From Candidatus Woesearchaeota archaeon (lineage in GTDB: Archaea; Nanobdellota; Nanobdellia; Woesearchaeales; SKIA01): DNA of 64,000 bases. The stretch covers positions 24,291 through 88,290 of the forward strand of contig JBJKRI010000007.1 in the NCBI GenBank assembly GCA_046704725.1. Reading direction: 5' to 3'. Of this stretch, positions 55,568-64,000 are shown in pieces. A program made the position numbers and the translations under genes. The notes under the pieces were generated by a model. The model made no database searches. It was not told the origin of the DNA and saw nothing but the letters and a program-made list of their open reading frames with translations. Positions within the stretch are counted from its first letter, which is position 1. Each line of letters starts with the position of its first letter.

Positions 55568-57658
55568 TTAGTGGACGGGCCCGTGCGCCTGCCGGTCCAC
55601 GCTGATGGGCGCTCCTTCCACGGGCTCGTCGTCCACGGTGAAGCCATCTTTCGTGGCGGAAAGTGTGTGCGTGGTAAAGTCGTTGAACGAGAGCTTCTCG
55701 GGGCTTCCGGGCCGTCCGCCGATGGTCAATCTTGTTCCCGGCTTCGCGTCGGGCCGGAGCAGTCCGACCACACCGTCCTTCTCCGCGGCGAGCAGCATGC
55801 CCTCGCTTTTTTCCCCGCGCAGATTGGCGTGTTCGAGGTTCGCCACCACGATGATGCTCGTCCCGACGAGCTCTTCGGGCTTGTAGTGCTTCTTGAGCCC
55901 GGCGACGAGCTGTCTCCTCTCTTTTCCCAAATCGATGTCCAATACGAGGAGCTTGTCCGCGTTCGGATGCGCTTTCACCGCGAGTATTTTCGCGACGCGC
56001 AGGTCGAGTGCGGCTTCCTTGGGTCCGTAGGCCTTCTCGAGCGCGCCGATTGTGTCGTCCTCGATCTTCTGGAAGAGGATGCCGGGTTTGACGTGGCCGA
56101 ACACGTTCTTATGCAATGGCTTTCCGATGTCGGCGTAGGTCTGTTGTCGCAGCCCGAGTTGGTCGAGCGCCATTGCAGCGGCTGCGGGGATGTACGGCAA
56201 GAGCAGGATACTCAGGTCTCTTACGGCGTGCAGCAGTGCGAACACGTCCGCCGCTGCTGTCTCCTTGTCTTCCGTGATCGTCTTCCATGGTGCGCTGTGC
56301 TGGAAGTACGCGTTGGCTTCCTTGCTCGCGAGCATGGTCTCTTGCAACGCTTCTCGCAGTTCCCGCGCATCAAGATGCGCTCGTGCGCGTTCCGCGTGCT
56401 GTTTGATGGTATCGAGGAAATCCGCTTGCGGTTTCTTCAGCGTCGCTGGCTCTTCGGCGAGCTTCGTGCTCGCGAAGTGCGTGGCGCGGTTCACGAGGTT
56501 CGCGTAGTTCGCGATGAGCTCGTTGTTCACGCGCGCCTGGAAGTCCTTCCAGATGAAGTTCGTGTCCGCCGTCTCTGGTCTGATGGAGAGCAGGTAGTAT
56601 CGCCACGCGTCGGCCGTGATGCCGTATTCCTTGTGGATGGCGATCGCGTCGTCCCCGAAGACGCCGATCTTGCGGCTCTTGCTGAACTTGCCTCCTTCCA
56701 TGTTCAGAAATTCCGTGCTCGACAAGGCGTGCATCATCGTCCACTTGTCCTTGGTGCCCAATAGCGTGGCCGGGAAGATGACGGTGTGGAAGACGATGTT
56801 GTCTTTTCCCATGAATTGCACGAGTGTTGCGTCGCCGTGCCACCAGTCCCGCCAGTCCGTGCGGCTGTGCGCGGTGATGCTGATATAGCCGATGGGAGCG
56901 TCGAACCAGACGTAGAAGACCTTGTCCTCCCAGCCCTTCTTTGGCACCGGCACGCCCCAGCTGAGGTCTCGCGTGATGGCTCGCTCCTTGAGCACGGACA
57001 GCCATTGGTCTGTCGTCTTTTTCGCGTTCTCGGTGAGCTCCGTGCTCTTGAGGTACTCTTCCACATCCCCTTTGAGGGCTGGCAGGTCCAAGAACAGGTG
57101 TTTCGTGCGCTTGATGACGGGCCGTGTCCCTGTGAGCTTGCTGACCGGGTCCTTGAGCTCGACGGCGTTGATGAGCCGTCCGCAATTGTCGCACTGGTCG
57201 CCTCTGGCTCCGGGGCTGCCGCAGTACGGGCAGGTCCCTTCGACGAAGCGGTCGGCCAGGAAGCTCTTGGCCTTCTCGTCGTAGAGCTGCTCGACCTCCT
57301 GCTCGTTGATGTAGCCGTTCTCATCCAGTCGCGTGAAGATCTCCTGCACGATCGTGTCTTGCGTCTCGGTGTGGGTGCGTCCCCACACGTCGAAGGATAT
57401 CTCGAACCAGTCGTAGATCTCCTCGTGGATGATGCCGTACTTGTCGCACAATTGCTTTGGTGTGAGGCCTTCTTCCCGCGCCTTGGTCTCTGTCGCCGTC
57501 CCGTGGTCGTCCGCTCCGCACACGTACAATACCTCGTTCCCCGCGAGGCGTTGGTGGCGTGCGTACACGTCCGCGGACAATACGGCGCCGATGAGGTTTC
57601 CCAGGTGCGGAATGTTGTTCACATACGGTAGCGCGCTGGTGACGAGGATCCGAGCCAT
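55568..57658 (-). CDS. metG: methionine--tRNA ligase with C-terminal tRNA-binding domain
   Basis: TSALPYVN..PHLGN, CPYC/CDNC knuckle, YVWFDA, KFSKS, HPNADKLL. Confidence 0.97.
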   Translation of the reverse strand: MARILVTSALPYVNNIPHLGNLIGAVLSADVYARHQRLAGNEVLYVCGADDHGTATETKAREEGLTPKQLCDKYGIIHEEIYDWFEISFDVWGRTHTETQDTIVQEIFTRLDENGYINEQEVEQLYDEKAKSFLADRFVEGTCPYCGSPGARGDQCDNCGRLINAVELKDPVSKLTGTRPVIKRTKHLFLDLPALKGDVEEYLKSTELTENAKKTTDQWLSVLKERAITRDLSWGVPVPKKGWEDKVFYVWFDAPIGYISITAHSRTDWRDWWHGDATLVQFMGKDNIVFHTVIFPATLLGTKDKWTMMHALSSTEFLNMEGGKFSKSRKIGVFGDDAIAIHKEYGITADAWRYYLLSIRPETADTNFIWKDFQARVNNELIANYANLVNRATHFASTKLAEEPATLKKPQADFLDTIKQHAERARAHLDARELREALQETMLASKEANAYFQHSAPWKTITEDKETAAADVFALLHAVRDLSILLLPYIPAAAAMALDQLGLRQQTYADIGKPLHKNVFGHVKPGILFQKIEDDTIGALEKAYGPKEAALDLRVAKILAVKAHPNADKLLVLDIDLGKERRQLVAGLKKHYKPEELVGTSIIVVANLEHANLRGEKSEGMLLAAEKDGVVGLLRPDAKPGTRLTIGGRPGSPEKLSFNDFTTHTLSATKDGFTVDDEPVEGAPISVDRQAHGPVH

Positions 57659-57680
57659 GGTGCGTGGACAGGTCCGTATC

Positions 57681-58400
57681 TTATATAGGTGTGGCTTCGA
57701 AGGCCCAGCCAGGGTGGTTCTTCAACGCTCGCAGGAGTTTCCGGCCTGCGCGCGCGTATGCCCCGGGACGGGCGAGTATCTCTTCTGCCGAGCGCCAGGG
57801 GTTCTCGTCCTCCCAGAGGTTCAGGGGCTCTTTCCCGCTCACGCGTGTCGTGAACACGAGATGGAGCCTGCGCATGTGCTCTCCCGGGACGCGGTCGTAG
57901 ATGCCGCCCACGAACTCCACGGGCGTGAGCGGTTCGAGTCCGTAGGTGTCCTGCATGGACCGCCCAACCACGCGCTGCGCGGCGTCCAAGAACTCCCTGA
58001 GGTCCTCGGGAGGCTTCACGCCTTTGAGCGACGGATCTTTCCTGATTATCTTCTGGTAATCACGGAGTTCTTCGGGCGATTTCCTGTAGAGATGAATGAG
58101 CTTTCCCGAAGGGTGTTTCGGCACTATCAGGCTGCCGCAGAGGATGTCGCGTCGGTCTCCGTTCCCCACGCCGTACTGGTGCGTATAGATGCCTTTCTCA
58201 GTATTGAACGCCACACCGTGCGCGAATACGGCGACGTGCTCTCGCGGATCCCAGCCCTCCGCGTCGTATTCGCCGACCGTGAGGATGCCGTCGCGGAGAA
58301 AGACGTTGTGGATGCCGCGTGAGGGATAATGCCTCTGGACAGGTCCCTTGTCGGCGGAGACGTCTCTGGCGAGCTCAGCGAGCAGATAGGCTAATGCCAC
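57681..58400 (-). CDS. hypothetical protein, possibly degenerate Nudix fold
   Basis: HVAVFAHGVAFNTEKGIY, AAQR......DTYGL, HLVF, WRSAEEIL resemble a Nudix scaffold without an intact Nudix box. Confidence 0.55.
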   Translation of the reverse strand: MALAYLLAELARDVSADKGPVQRHYPSRGIHNVFLRDGILTVGEYDAEGWDPREHVAVFAHGVAFNTEKGIYTHQYGVGNGDRRDILCGSLIVPKHPSGKLIHLYRKSPEELRDYQKIIRKDPSLKGVKPPEDLREFLDAAQRVVGRSMQDTYGLEPLTPVEFVGGIYDRVPGEHMRRLHLVFTTRVSGKEPLNLWEDENPWRSAEEILARPGAYARAGRKLLRALKNHPGWAFEATPI

Positions 58401-58421
58401 TATCGAGTGGATGCAACCGCA

Positions 58422-58820
58422 CTATTTAGATTTGCTCTTCTTGAGCTTCTTGGTGATGCCCACGTCCGTGTCCGTGAACTCGTCGTGGAACACGAAGCTC
58501 GGCACCCCCTTCCAGGTGCGTCGCTTGTAGGGCACGCTCGTCTGTTTTCGCTGTTTGCCTTCGGGGTCGGTGTATTCGATCTCGAGCATGCAGCTCTCCT
58601 CGTGCGCTTTCTTCTCCTCTTCGTGGCCGCACGCTGGGCAGACATAGACCTGGGAGCGCGTCTTGGGGCGTCCGGTCTTCTCGTTCACGGGCTTTCCCAT
58701 CTGTCCCTTGTGGCAGGCGGGGCATTCTTTTCTCCTGACGAAAGCGATGATGCACGTGCCGTCCTCGAGCTTGCGGTTGGTGAAGTACAGGCATTCGTCC
58801 ATGGATTGCGGCAGTTCCAT
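58422..58820 (-). CDS. zinc-ribbon protein
   Basis: ECLYFTNR, CPACHKGQMGKP, YVCPACG. Confidence 0.85.
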   Translation of the reverse strand: MELPQSMDECLYFTNRKLEDGTCIIAFVRRKECPACHKGQMGKPVNEKTGRPKTRSQVYVCPACGHEEEKKAHEESCMLEIEYTDPEGKQRKQTSVPYKRRTWKGVPSFVFHDEFTDTDVGITKKLKKSKSK

Positions 58821-58860
58821 GGTTTCGGTGACGGATGCGCGTGTTAAAAGGGTTGCGGTG

Positions 58861-59268
58861 CTAGATGACCAGGAGCGTCCCGTTGATAGATACTCCGTTG
58901 GTGATATCGTTGTAGAACACGAACCGTCCGCGTGTGCTCGCGTTGAACTGGATGGTCACTCCCGGTCCTGGCGTGATGCGCTTCTCGATGTGGTATGCTG
59001 GCAGGCTGAATCCGTAGGTCTGCCCGTCTGTGCTCTGGATGTGGATGACGACCTCGTCGAAGCGGTGCGTCGTGATAAAGTCCGGCGTGAACCCTGCTCC
59101 GTTCACGCGCATCTGGATCGTGTTTGTCACCGGTGGTGACGTGGAGGTTGGTGCTGGCGTCGTGTAGTTCGTTTGCGGCGTCGGCTGGTTGTGCGCGAGG
59201 ATGATGACGACTCCGGTGATGATTACTGCGACGACGAATATCCCTACCCATTTGCTTGCGGTGTTCAT
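58861..59268 (-). CDS. membrane-anchored cupredoxin-like protein lacking copper ligands
   Basis: TM, P/T linker, GFTPD.I....D.V.I, GFSL, F.A...G.F.FY, GTLLV; no Cys. Confidence 0.7.
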   Translation of the reverse strand: MNTASKWVGIFVVAVIITGVVIILAHNQPTPQTNYTTPAPTSTSPPVTNTIQMRVNGAGFTPDFITTHRFDEVVIHIQSTDGQTYGFSLPAYHIEKRITPGPGVTIQFNASTRGRFVFYNDITNGVSINGTLLVI

Positions 59269-59269
59269 T

Positions 59270-62080
59270 TCAGTCCCATGTGGCGATCACCAGCCGGACG
59301 GGCAGTCCGTTCAGGGTGACCAGTCTCGTGTATTTGATGAGGTTGCTCATGTTGCCCGACAAGGAGGCTTTCGGTGCTGGCTCCCATCCGAGGTATTGCG
59401 TGCAGCACAGTCCGGTCTCTCTCGCGGTGGCGTTCTGGTCGAGATAGACGATCTGGCCGTACTTGAAGGACGTGCTGCTGCCTTGCGGGGCGCACGCGTT
59501 GAACACGCGCTCCTGGTTGGTCGTCAGCGCCGATGGAGCGGGACAACCGTTCAGTCCTTGGCAGGCAGGGTCGCAGTAGCCGAGGTTGTTCGTGCAGTCG
59601 CTGTTGCAGATGCGCTCGTAGAGCCTGACGGGCACGTCCGCGCCTGCCTGCGAGATGGTGACCGTCGTGGAATTGGTGATGGCAGTCTGCCATTCTCCCG
59701 TGACCTTGTAGGTGCCTGGCGGCACGTTCTGGAAGTCGTAGTTGCCGGTCGCGTCGGCCGTTGCGGTGCTGTAGTAGCCGAGGAGCGGACCCTCGCCCTT
59801 CACGGTGATGGTCGCTCCGGAGGCAGCGCTGAAAGTCTGGTCTGCTGCGCGCTTAACCTTCACGGTGACGTTGAGGCCGAACGCACTGCTGCATGCAGCG
59901 TCAAGACCGTCCACGACGCCGTCGCAGTTGTTATCGTCGTTGGGCTTGCTACAGTCCAGCGCACCCGAGTAATGGTGGAAGTTGCCGTTGCTGTCCATGC
60001 CGAAGCATCCCGTCGCGCTGTTCAGGCATGCCCTGTAGGAAACACCATTGGTCTTCGTGTTCCAGTCGGTGTAGTTCTTGTAGTAGACATAGTTGTAGGG
60101 GACGCCGCTGCTGTTCTTCTGGTATTCGTACGGCGCATTCTGCACTGGGTCGTCGCCGCACGCGAACTGCGTCGACACGTTGTTGTAGGTGTTGCAGCGG
60201 CTGTTGTTCGTGCTGTCCGTGACCGCTCCCTCGCACCAGTTCGGCTGGCTGTTGCTCAGCCAGGGGATCGGGTTGCAGGACGCGGTGTTAAGGTTCGCGT
60301 ATAGCTGCGCCTCGTCGCGGTCGTGGAGTTGGTATGTCCCGCCAGTATTGGCGCAGACCAGGTCGGAGTTGTTGATACAGACTGGACTGGGCGTCCCGCC
60401 CGACATGTCTCCATAGCACCTGCCGTTGTAGAAGCACGCGGTGGCGCAGCACGAGCTCGCGTCCGTCGCGGGGATGCCTTGGATGCTTCCTTTGCTGCAG
60501 GCGATGGTGACCTGCGCGCTCGTCTGGTTAGTCTGTCCCAGGCTGTCGTTCGCCCACAGGACGCCGGTCTTCGTTCCTATCGAGGTGTACGTCGCGGTCT
60601 CCACGTAGTCCGTGATCTGTCCGGACTGGAAGGGCCCGCGCGTCGTGCCGTCGCCGGGCTTGAAGGTGTAGTTCACGCCTTGTTCGTCCGTGATCTGGAT
60701 GTGCCAGCCTACGGGCTCGCCGATGAGCGCTGTCGTTACGTTGGGCGTGAGCGTGACCTGTGGCGGCTGGTTCGCAAGGTTGCAGTCCGGATCGCTCCAG
60801 TTGTACAGTCCGTCCCGGTCCGCGTCCGTCGTGTCCGGGCACAGAAGTGTGTGGCAGGCGTGGTCGCTCGTGTTGTAGTAGGTGTTCGGCGGGCACGCGC
60901 CGCAGTAGCAGGCCTCTCCTGCGCCTGCGCAGAAGTCGCCGTTCGTCGTCCAGTCGAAGCGCGAGCTGCCGCCGGTCACGCCGCACTGGAATAGCACGGA
61001 CGATGGTGCGGTCGCTTGGCAGCCCGCCAAGGAGCATTGCGCGATGCACACTCCGGTCTCATTGCTGTCGTTGAGCCCGTTGTGGTTGTTGTCCTGCCCG
61101 ATGTTCGGGTCGGAGGTGTTGAGCTGGACCCAGCAGGCGTTCTGGCACGTGCCGTCCCAGCACGTGTCGTTCTCCGCTCCGGGGCAGCGCAGGCCCACGG
61201 GCACGGCGATGCCGCTGTTGACGGTGCACGCGCCGCTGCCGTCCGCGCCGAGGGCGTAGCCGATCGGCTGTTGTCCGCTGCATGCGGTCGCTGGGCTCAC
61301 GCCGCAGTTCACCGTGCTCGTCACTGGCGTCGTGGCGTTGTTGTAGCAGACGTTCCCTGCTGTGACGTTCTGCACGACGACTTGCACGCTTCCCGTGCAG
61401 TTGGCGCTGCTGCCTGTGCAGTATTGCGTCGTCGTCGTGGTCTGCGTGGTGCCGGGGTTGCCGGGTCCGGTGCAGGCGGTGGTTGAAGAGCACGTCGAGG
61501 TTGATGTCCGGTAGGTGCACTGTCCGGGCTGTCCGGGCGGGATGCAGCACGATCCACCGTCGCACTGCTCGTTGATGCCTTGCGTGTCGGGGTTCTGTAT
61601 GATGCCGTCGCCGCACGTCCCTGACGGCGTGACTTCGCACGTCGTGCCGTTCTGCGAGTAGCCGCTGCCGCAGGTCCAGTAGCAGGTTCCCGGTGAGGGG
61701 CTGTTGGTGAACGTCCACGATGACGGCGTGTTCGTTCCCGTGTAGGTCGCGTTTCCGCGGACGACGCCAGTCCCTGTTGGAGCCGTGCCTGTGCAGGTGC
61801 TCACGGAGTTGATGCAGTAGTGCGTGGTCAGGTCACAGACTTGCGTCGAACTACAGTCGGCGTTGGTGGAGCAGCAGGTCGTCGCGCAGTCCCCATCGCA
61901 GATCCTGCAGGTGCTTCCTGTGGCGTAGTTCGATGGGCAGACAGAGTCCGGCGTGGGATTGCAGTTGTAGTTGATGCCGCAGATGCTCACGCCGTTGATG
62001 GTGTACGCGCCTGCTGGCGCGCTGCTGCTCACGAACCAGAGGAAGCTCAACACCAGTATTCCCACCAATACCCAACGCAT
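59270..62080 (-). CDS. Cys-rich secreted surface protein with PKD-like and carboxypeptidase-regulatory-like domains
   Basis: Signal peptide; CGDGI...EQCDGG; DADRDG...DPDC; NQPP..FKPGDG..Y...G; DNNCDGVVD; TADATGNY.F.NVPPGTY. Confidence 0.85.
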   Translation of the reverse strand: MRWVLVGILVLSFLWFVSSSAPAGAYTINGVSICGINYNCNPTPDSVCPSNYATGSTCRICDGDCATTCCSTNADCSSTQVCDLTTHYCINSVSTCTGTAPTGTGVVRGNATYTGTNTPSSWTFTNSPSPGTCYWTCGSGYSQNGTTCEVTPSGTCGDGIIQNPDTQGINEQCDGGSCCIPPGQPGQCTYRTSTSTCSSTTACTGPGNPGTTQTTTTTQYCTGSSANCTGSVQVVVQNVTAGNVCYNNATTPVTSTVNCGVSPATACSGQQPIGYALGADGSGACTVNSGIAVPVGLRCPGAENDTCWDGTCQNACWVQLNTSDPNIGQDNNHNGLNDSNETGVCIAQCSLAGCQATAPSSVLFQCGVTGGSSRFDWTTNGDFCAGAGEACYCGACPPNTYYNTSDHACHTLLCPDTTDADRDGLYNWSDPDCNLANQPPQVTLTPNVTTALIGEPVGWHIQITDEQGVNYTFKPGDGTTRGPFQSGQITDYVETATYTSIGTKTGVLWANDSLGQTNQTSAQVTIACSKGSIQGIPATDASSCCATACFYNGRCYGDMSGGTPSPVCINNSDLVCANTGGTYQLHDRDEAQLYANLNTASCNPIPWLSNSQPNWCEGAVTDSTNNSRCNTYNNVSTQFACGDDPVQNAPYEYQKNSSGVPYNYVYYKNYTDWNTKTNGVSYRACLNSATGCFGMDSNGNFHHYSGALDCSKPNDDNNCDGVVDGLDAACSSAFGLNVTVKVKRAADQTFSAASGATITVKGEGPLLGYYSTATADATGNYDFQNVPPGTYKVTGEWQTAITNSTTVTISQAGADVPVRLYERICNSDCTNNLGYCDPACQGLNGCPAPSALTTNQERVFNACAPQGSSTSFKYGQIVYLDQNATARETGLCCTQYLGWEPAPKASLSGNMSNLIKYTRLVTLNGLPVRLVIATWD

Positions 62081-62218
62081 GGGTTTTCCACCCTTGATGC
62101 TTGCTTTTAAAGATAATGCTTCTTTGCGGAGTAGGGACGGAATAGGGAAATGTATGCGTTACTTTATAGTGGTAAATTACGGTAGGTTTATATAGGCGAA
62201 AGACACTATAAAACGCAT

Positions 62219-63559
62219 ATGAGCCTCGGCGACACCGTCAACAAAGCGTTCTCCCACATCAAAGCACCCGCACGCCACACAATAGATATCGCGACGGCAG
62301 CAGCACTGATCGGACTTGTCGCGGCATGCAGCGGCGGAAAAAGCCCGACCGGAGGCGGGGGAAACGGTGGAGGCAACGTCACACCAGTCCTCACGATCAA
62401 TTCCGCGAACGTCACGCCACAGATACCTTTTGTCGGAGACTCTGCCGCGCTCTACGTGAGCGCGACCGCGAGCAACGGCGCGACAGGACCAGACAGCATC
62501 AGAGCCCTGGGAAAGACCGAGAACGGCGGAACATTCAAAGGACGCTTTATCGCGAAAGACGGGAACCAATCAATACCGATCACTGTGTACGGGACCAGAC
62601 CGGACGGCACCGTGCTCCAAAAGACGACGAACGCGACATACACCGGAGTGCAAGCGTCCGAAGTGCACATCACGACAGAAACGCTCTGGAAATCACCAGC
62701 CGGAAGAGCGACAGTCGAAATCGACGGGAAAGGATACAACGTCCCGGCGGACACAACAGTCCGAGTAGCGCAAGGAACACACGAATTCAGCATCACACCA
62801 TCAAGCAGCGACTGGAAATTCGGAAGCATGACCGTCAACAACAAATGGACGCCGATCGCGACGAACATACCAGCACAAACAGCAACGCTCGGAAACAACG
62901 CGACAATAGACATCAAACTCCTCAGCAAAAACGACATGCAAGGAGACTCACTCACACAACTAAAAAACGTCTGGGAAGACCAAAAAGGATACCTACACCC
63001 CACACAAAAGAAGATCGTAGTGGCCGAACTCTACCAGCACCCACAAGGAGTCTATGCACAAAATTGTCAAGACGCCACACAAACAGACATCGACGGATTC
63101 AAAGCATGGGTACAAGAAGCCGCGAAAGAAGACAGCGCAGGGACATTTGGGCCACGAAGGAAATTCATCACCAGAATCGGAGACCCAGAGAAAGATGGCG
63201 CGCTCGTTCAAAAAGGAACCGCGTGGGTGCCGAACCAGAGCAGCAGAGATACAACATACGTAGTCGCATGCAGACAAGTACCTGAAGCTCAGTCAAACGG
63301 CACATACTATGACTCGAATGGCTTTCTGGACGGGTACGTATTTCAATCCGGTGGAGATAAAGCCAGTTGGATGTCTGAAGGCATGGGATATGTTGATATG
63401 GTTTTCGATGGACAAGAAGCGACCACGCCAATAACACGAGACGCACGCACGCCATTAACAGTCTACAGAACTACCTATGGCGATGATGTTTGGGAAGTAA
63501 TGGGAGTAGCCTGGAAGGCAGGCCAAAAAGGATACGGCCTCATCAAAGGCCCTCAATAA
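62219..63559 (+). CDS. hypothetical lipoprotein-like protein with atypical A-rich codon usage
   Basis: LIGLVAACSGG lipobox-like motif; 446-aa ORF; TTTATATA ~25 bp upstream. Confidence 0.7.
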   Translation: MSLGDTVNKAFSHIKAPARHTIDIATAAALIGLVAACSGGKSPTGGGGNGGGNVTPVLTINSANVTPQIPFVGDSAALYVSATASNGATGPDSIRALGKTENGGTFKGRFIAKDGNQSIPITVYGTRPDGTVLQKTTNATYTGVQASEVHITTETLWKSPAGRATVEIDGKGYNVPADTTVRVAQGTHEFSITPSSSDWKFGSMTVNNKWTPIATNIPAQTATLGNNATIDIKLLSKNDMQGDSLTQLKNVWEDQKGYLHPTQKKIVVAELYQHPQGVYAQNCQDATQTDIDGFKAWVQEAAKEDSAGTFGPRRKFITRIGDPEKDGALVQKGTAWVPNQSSRDTTYVVACRQVPEAQSNGTYYDSNGFLDGYVFQSGGDKASWMSEGMGYVDMVFDGQEATTPITRDARTPLTVYRTTYGDDVWEVMGVAWKAGQKGYGLIKGPQ

Positions 63560-64000
63560 ACAGTGACGCCAGACGGGTTCCCATTCACATCAGTCCAATC
63601 ATAATAATTCGCCTGACCATACTTGGTCCCGACATTGCAGCATGCACTCAACCCTGCGGGTTTCTGAGTTGTAGATCCTGAACCTATGCATTGCGGGTTA
63701 CGGGAAACGAACGTCGCAATCGAAGCAGGCAGATTATCTGCTGAAGAACCACAGTAGTTCACAGCATTAACAGTGGTATCGCACTCGTTCGTCGAGCGGC
63801 AAAGAGCATTCACGGAGTCCCAGTAGTCTCCCGCAGGACAGCAGTATCCTGGAGCCGGTAGCGTGTTATTTATGCCCTGGCTGCAGTAGTATCCGTTTCC
63901 TGTTCCGCTCTCGAAATTGCAGTTCGTTCCTACTGCTCCTGCGTTGTCGCATTTCGCGATGACGGTCACGTTTGCCATCATGATTGTGTAGTCTGCTTCT
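63553..64000 (-). CDS. Cys-rich protein, C-terminal part (5' end outside the window)
   Basis: Frame stays open to the window edge; GYCCPAGDYWD, ACC. Confidence 0.7.
   Translation of the reverse strand, partial: EADYTIMMANVTVIAKCDNAGAVGTNCNFESGTGNGYYCSQGINNTLPAPGYCCPAGDYWDSVNALCRSTNECDTTVNAVNYCGSSADNLPASIATFVSRNPQCIGSGSTTQKPAGLSACCNVGTKYGQANYYDWTDVNGNPSGVTVY

Noticed and set aside
1-64000. CRISPR array, cas genes, integrase/transposase, rRNA, diversity-generating retroelement
   Set aside because: By eye I found no regularly spaced repeats, no recombinase, transposase or reverse transcriptase motifs and no TR/VR pair; a weak repeat could have been missed without computation.

Overview
GC-rich chromosomal segment of a DPANN-type archaeon, most consistent with Woesearchaeota. 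This is an inference from archaeal rpl1-rpl10/P0-rpl12/P1, Dph5, a DRG GTPase, TATA boxes ~25-30 bp upstream of starts, BHB tRNA splicing, a bacterial-type ThrRS and lineage-typical hypothetical proteins. The window holds an archaellum motor cluster (arlC-like, G, F, H, I, J, with a prepilin peptidase nearby but no archaellin or chemotaxis genes), thrS, metG, pyk, mutY, a phospholipid head-group cluster (PLD/cls, psd, pssA), five tRNA genes (one with an intron), several large secreted surface proteins and many solitary ORFans. Most notable: (1) three of the five tRNA genes have an exact copy of their own 3' end downstream, each directly preceded by a hairpin, one enclosing a cargo gene, with no integrase in the window; (2) a translationally coupled HD(Mesh1-like)-Fic-nucleotide kinase operon next to a Ham1 pyrophosphatase; (3) a LAGLIDADG ORF whose C-terminus is encoded by an intact tRNA-Thr gene on the same strand; (4) archaellum proteins with extra domains. 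All calls come from reading motifs by eye; no database searches were run.
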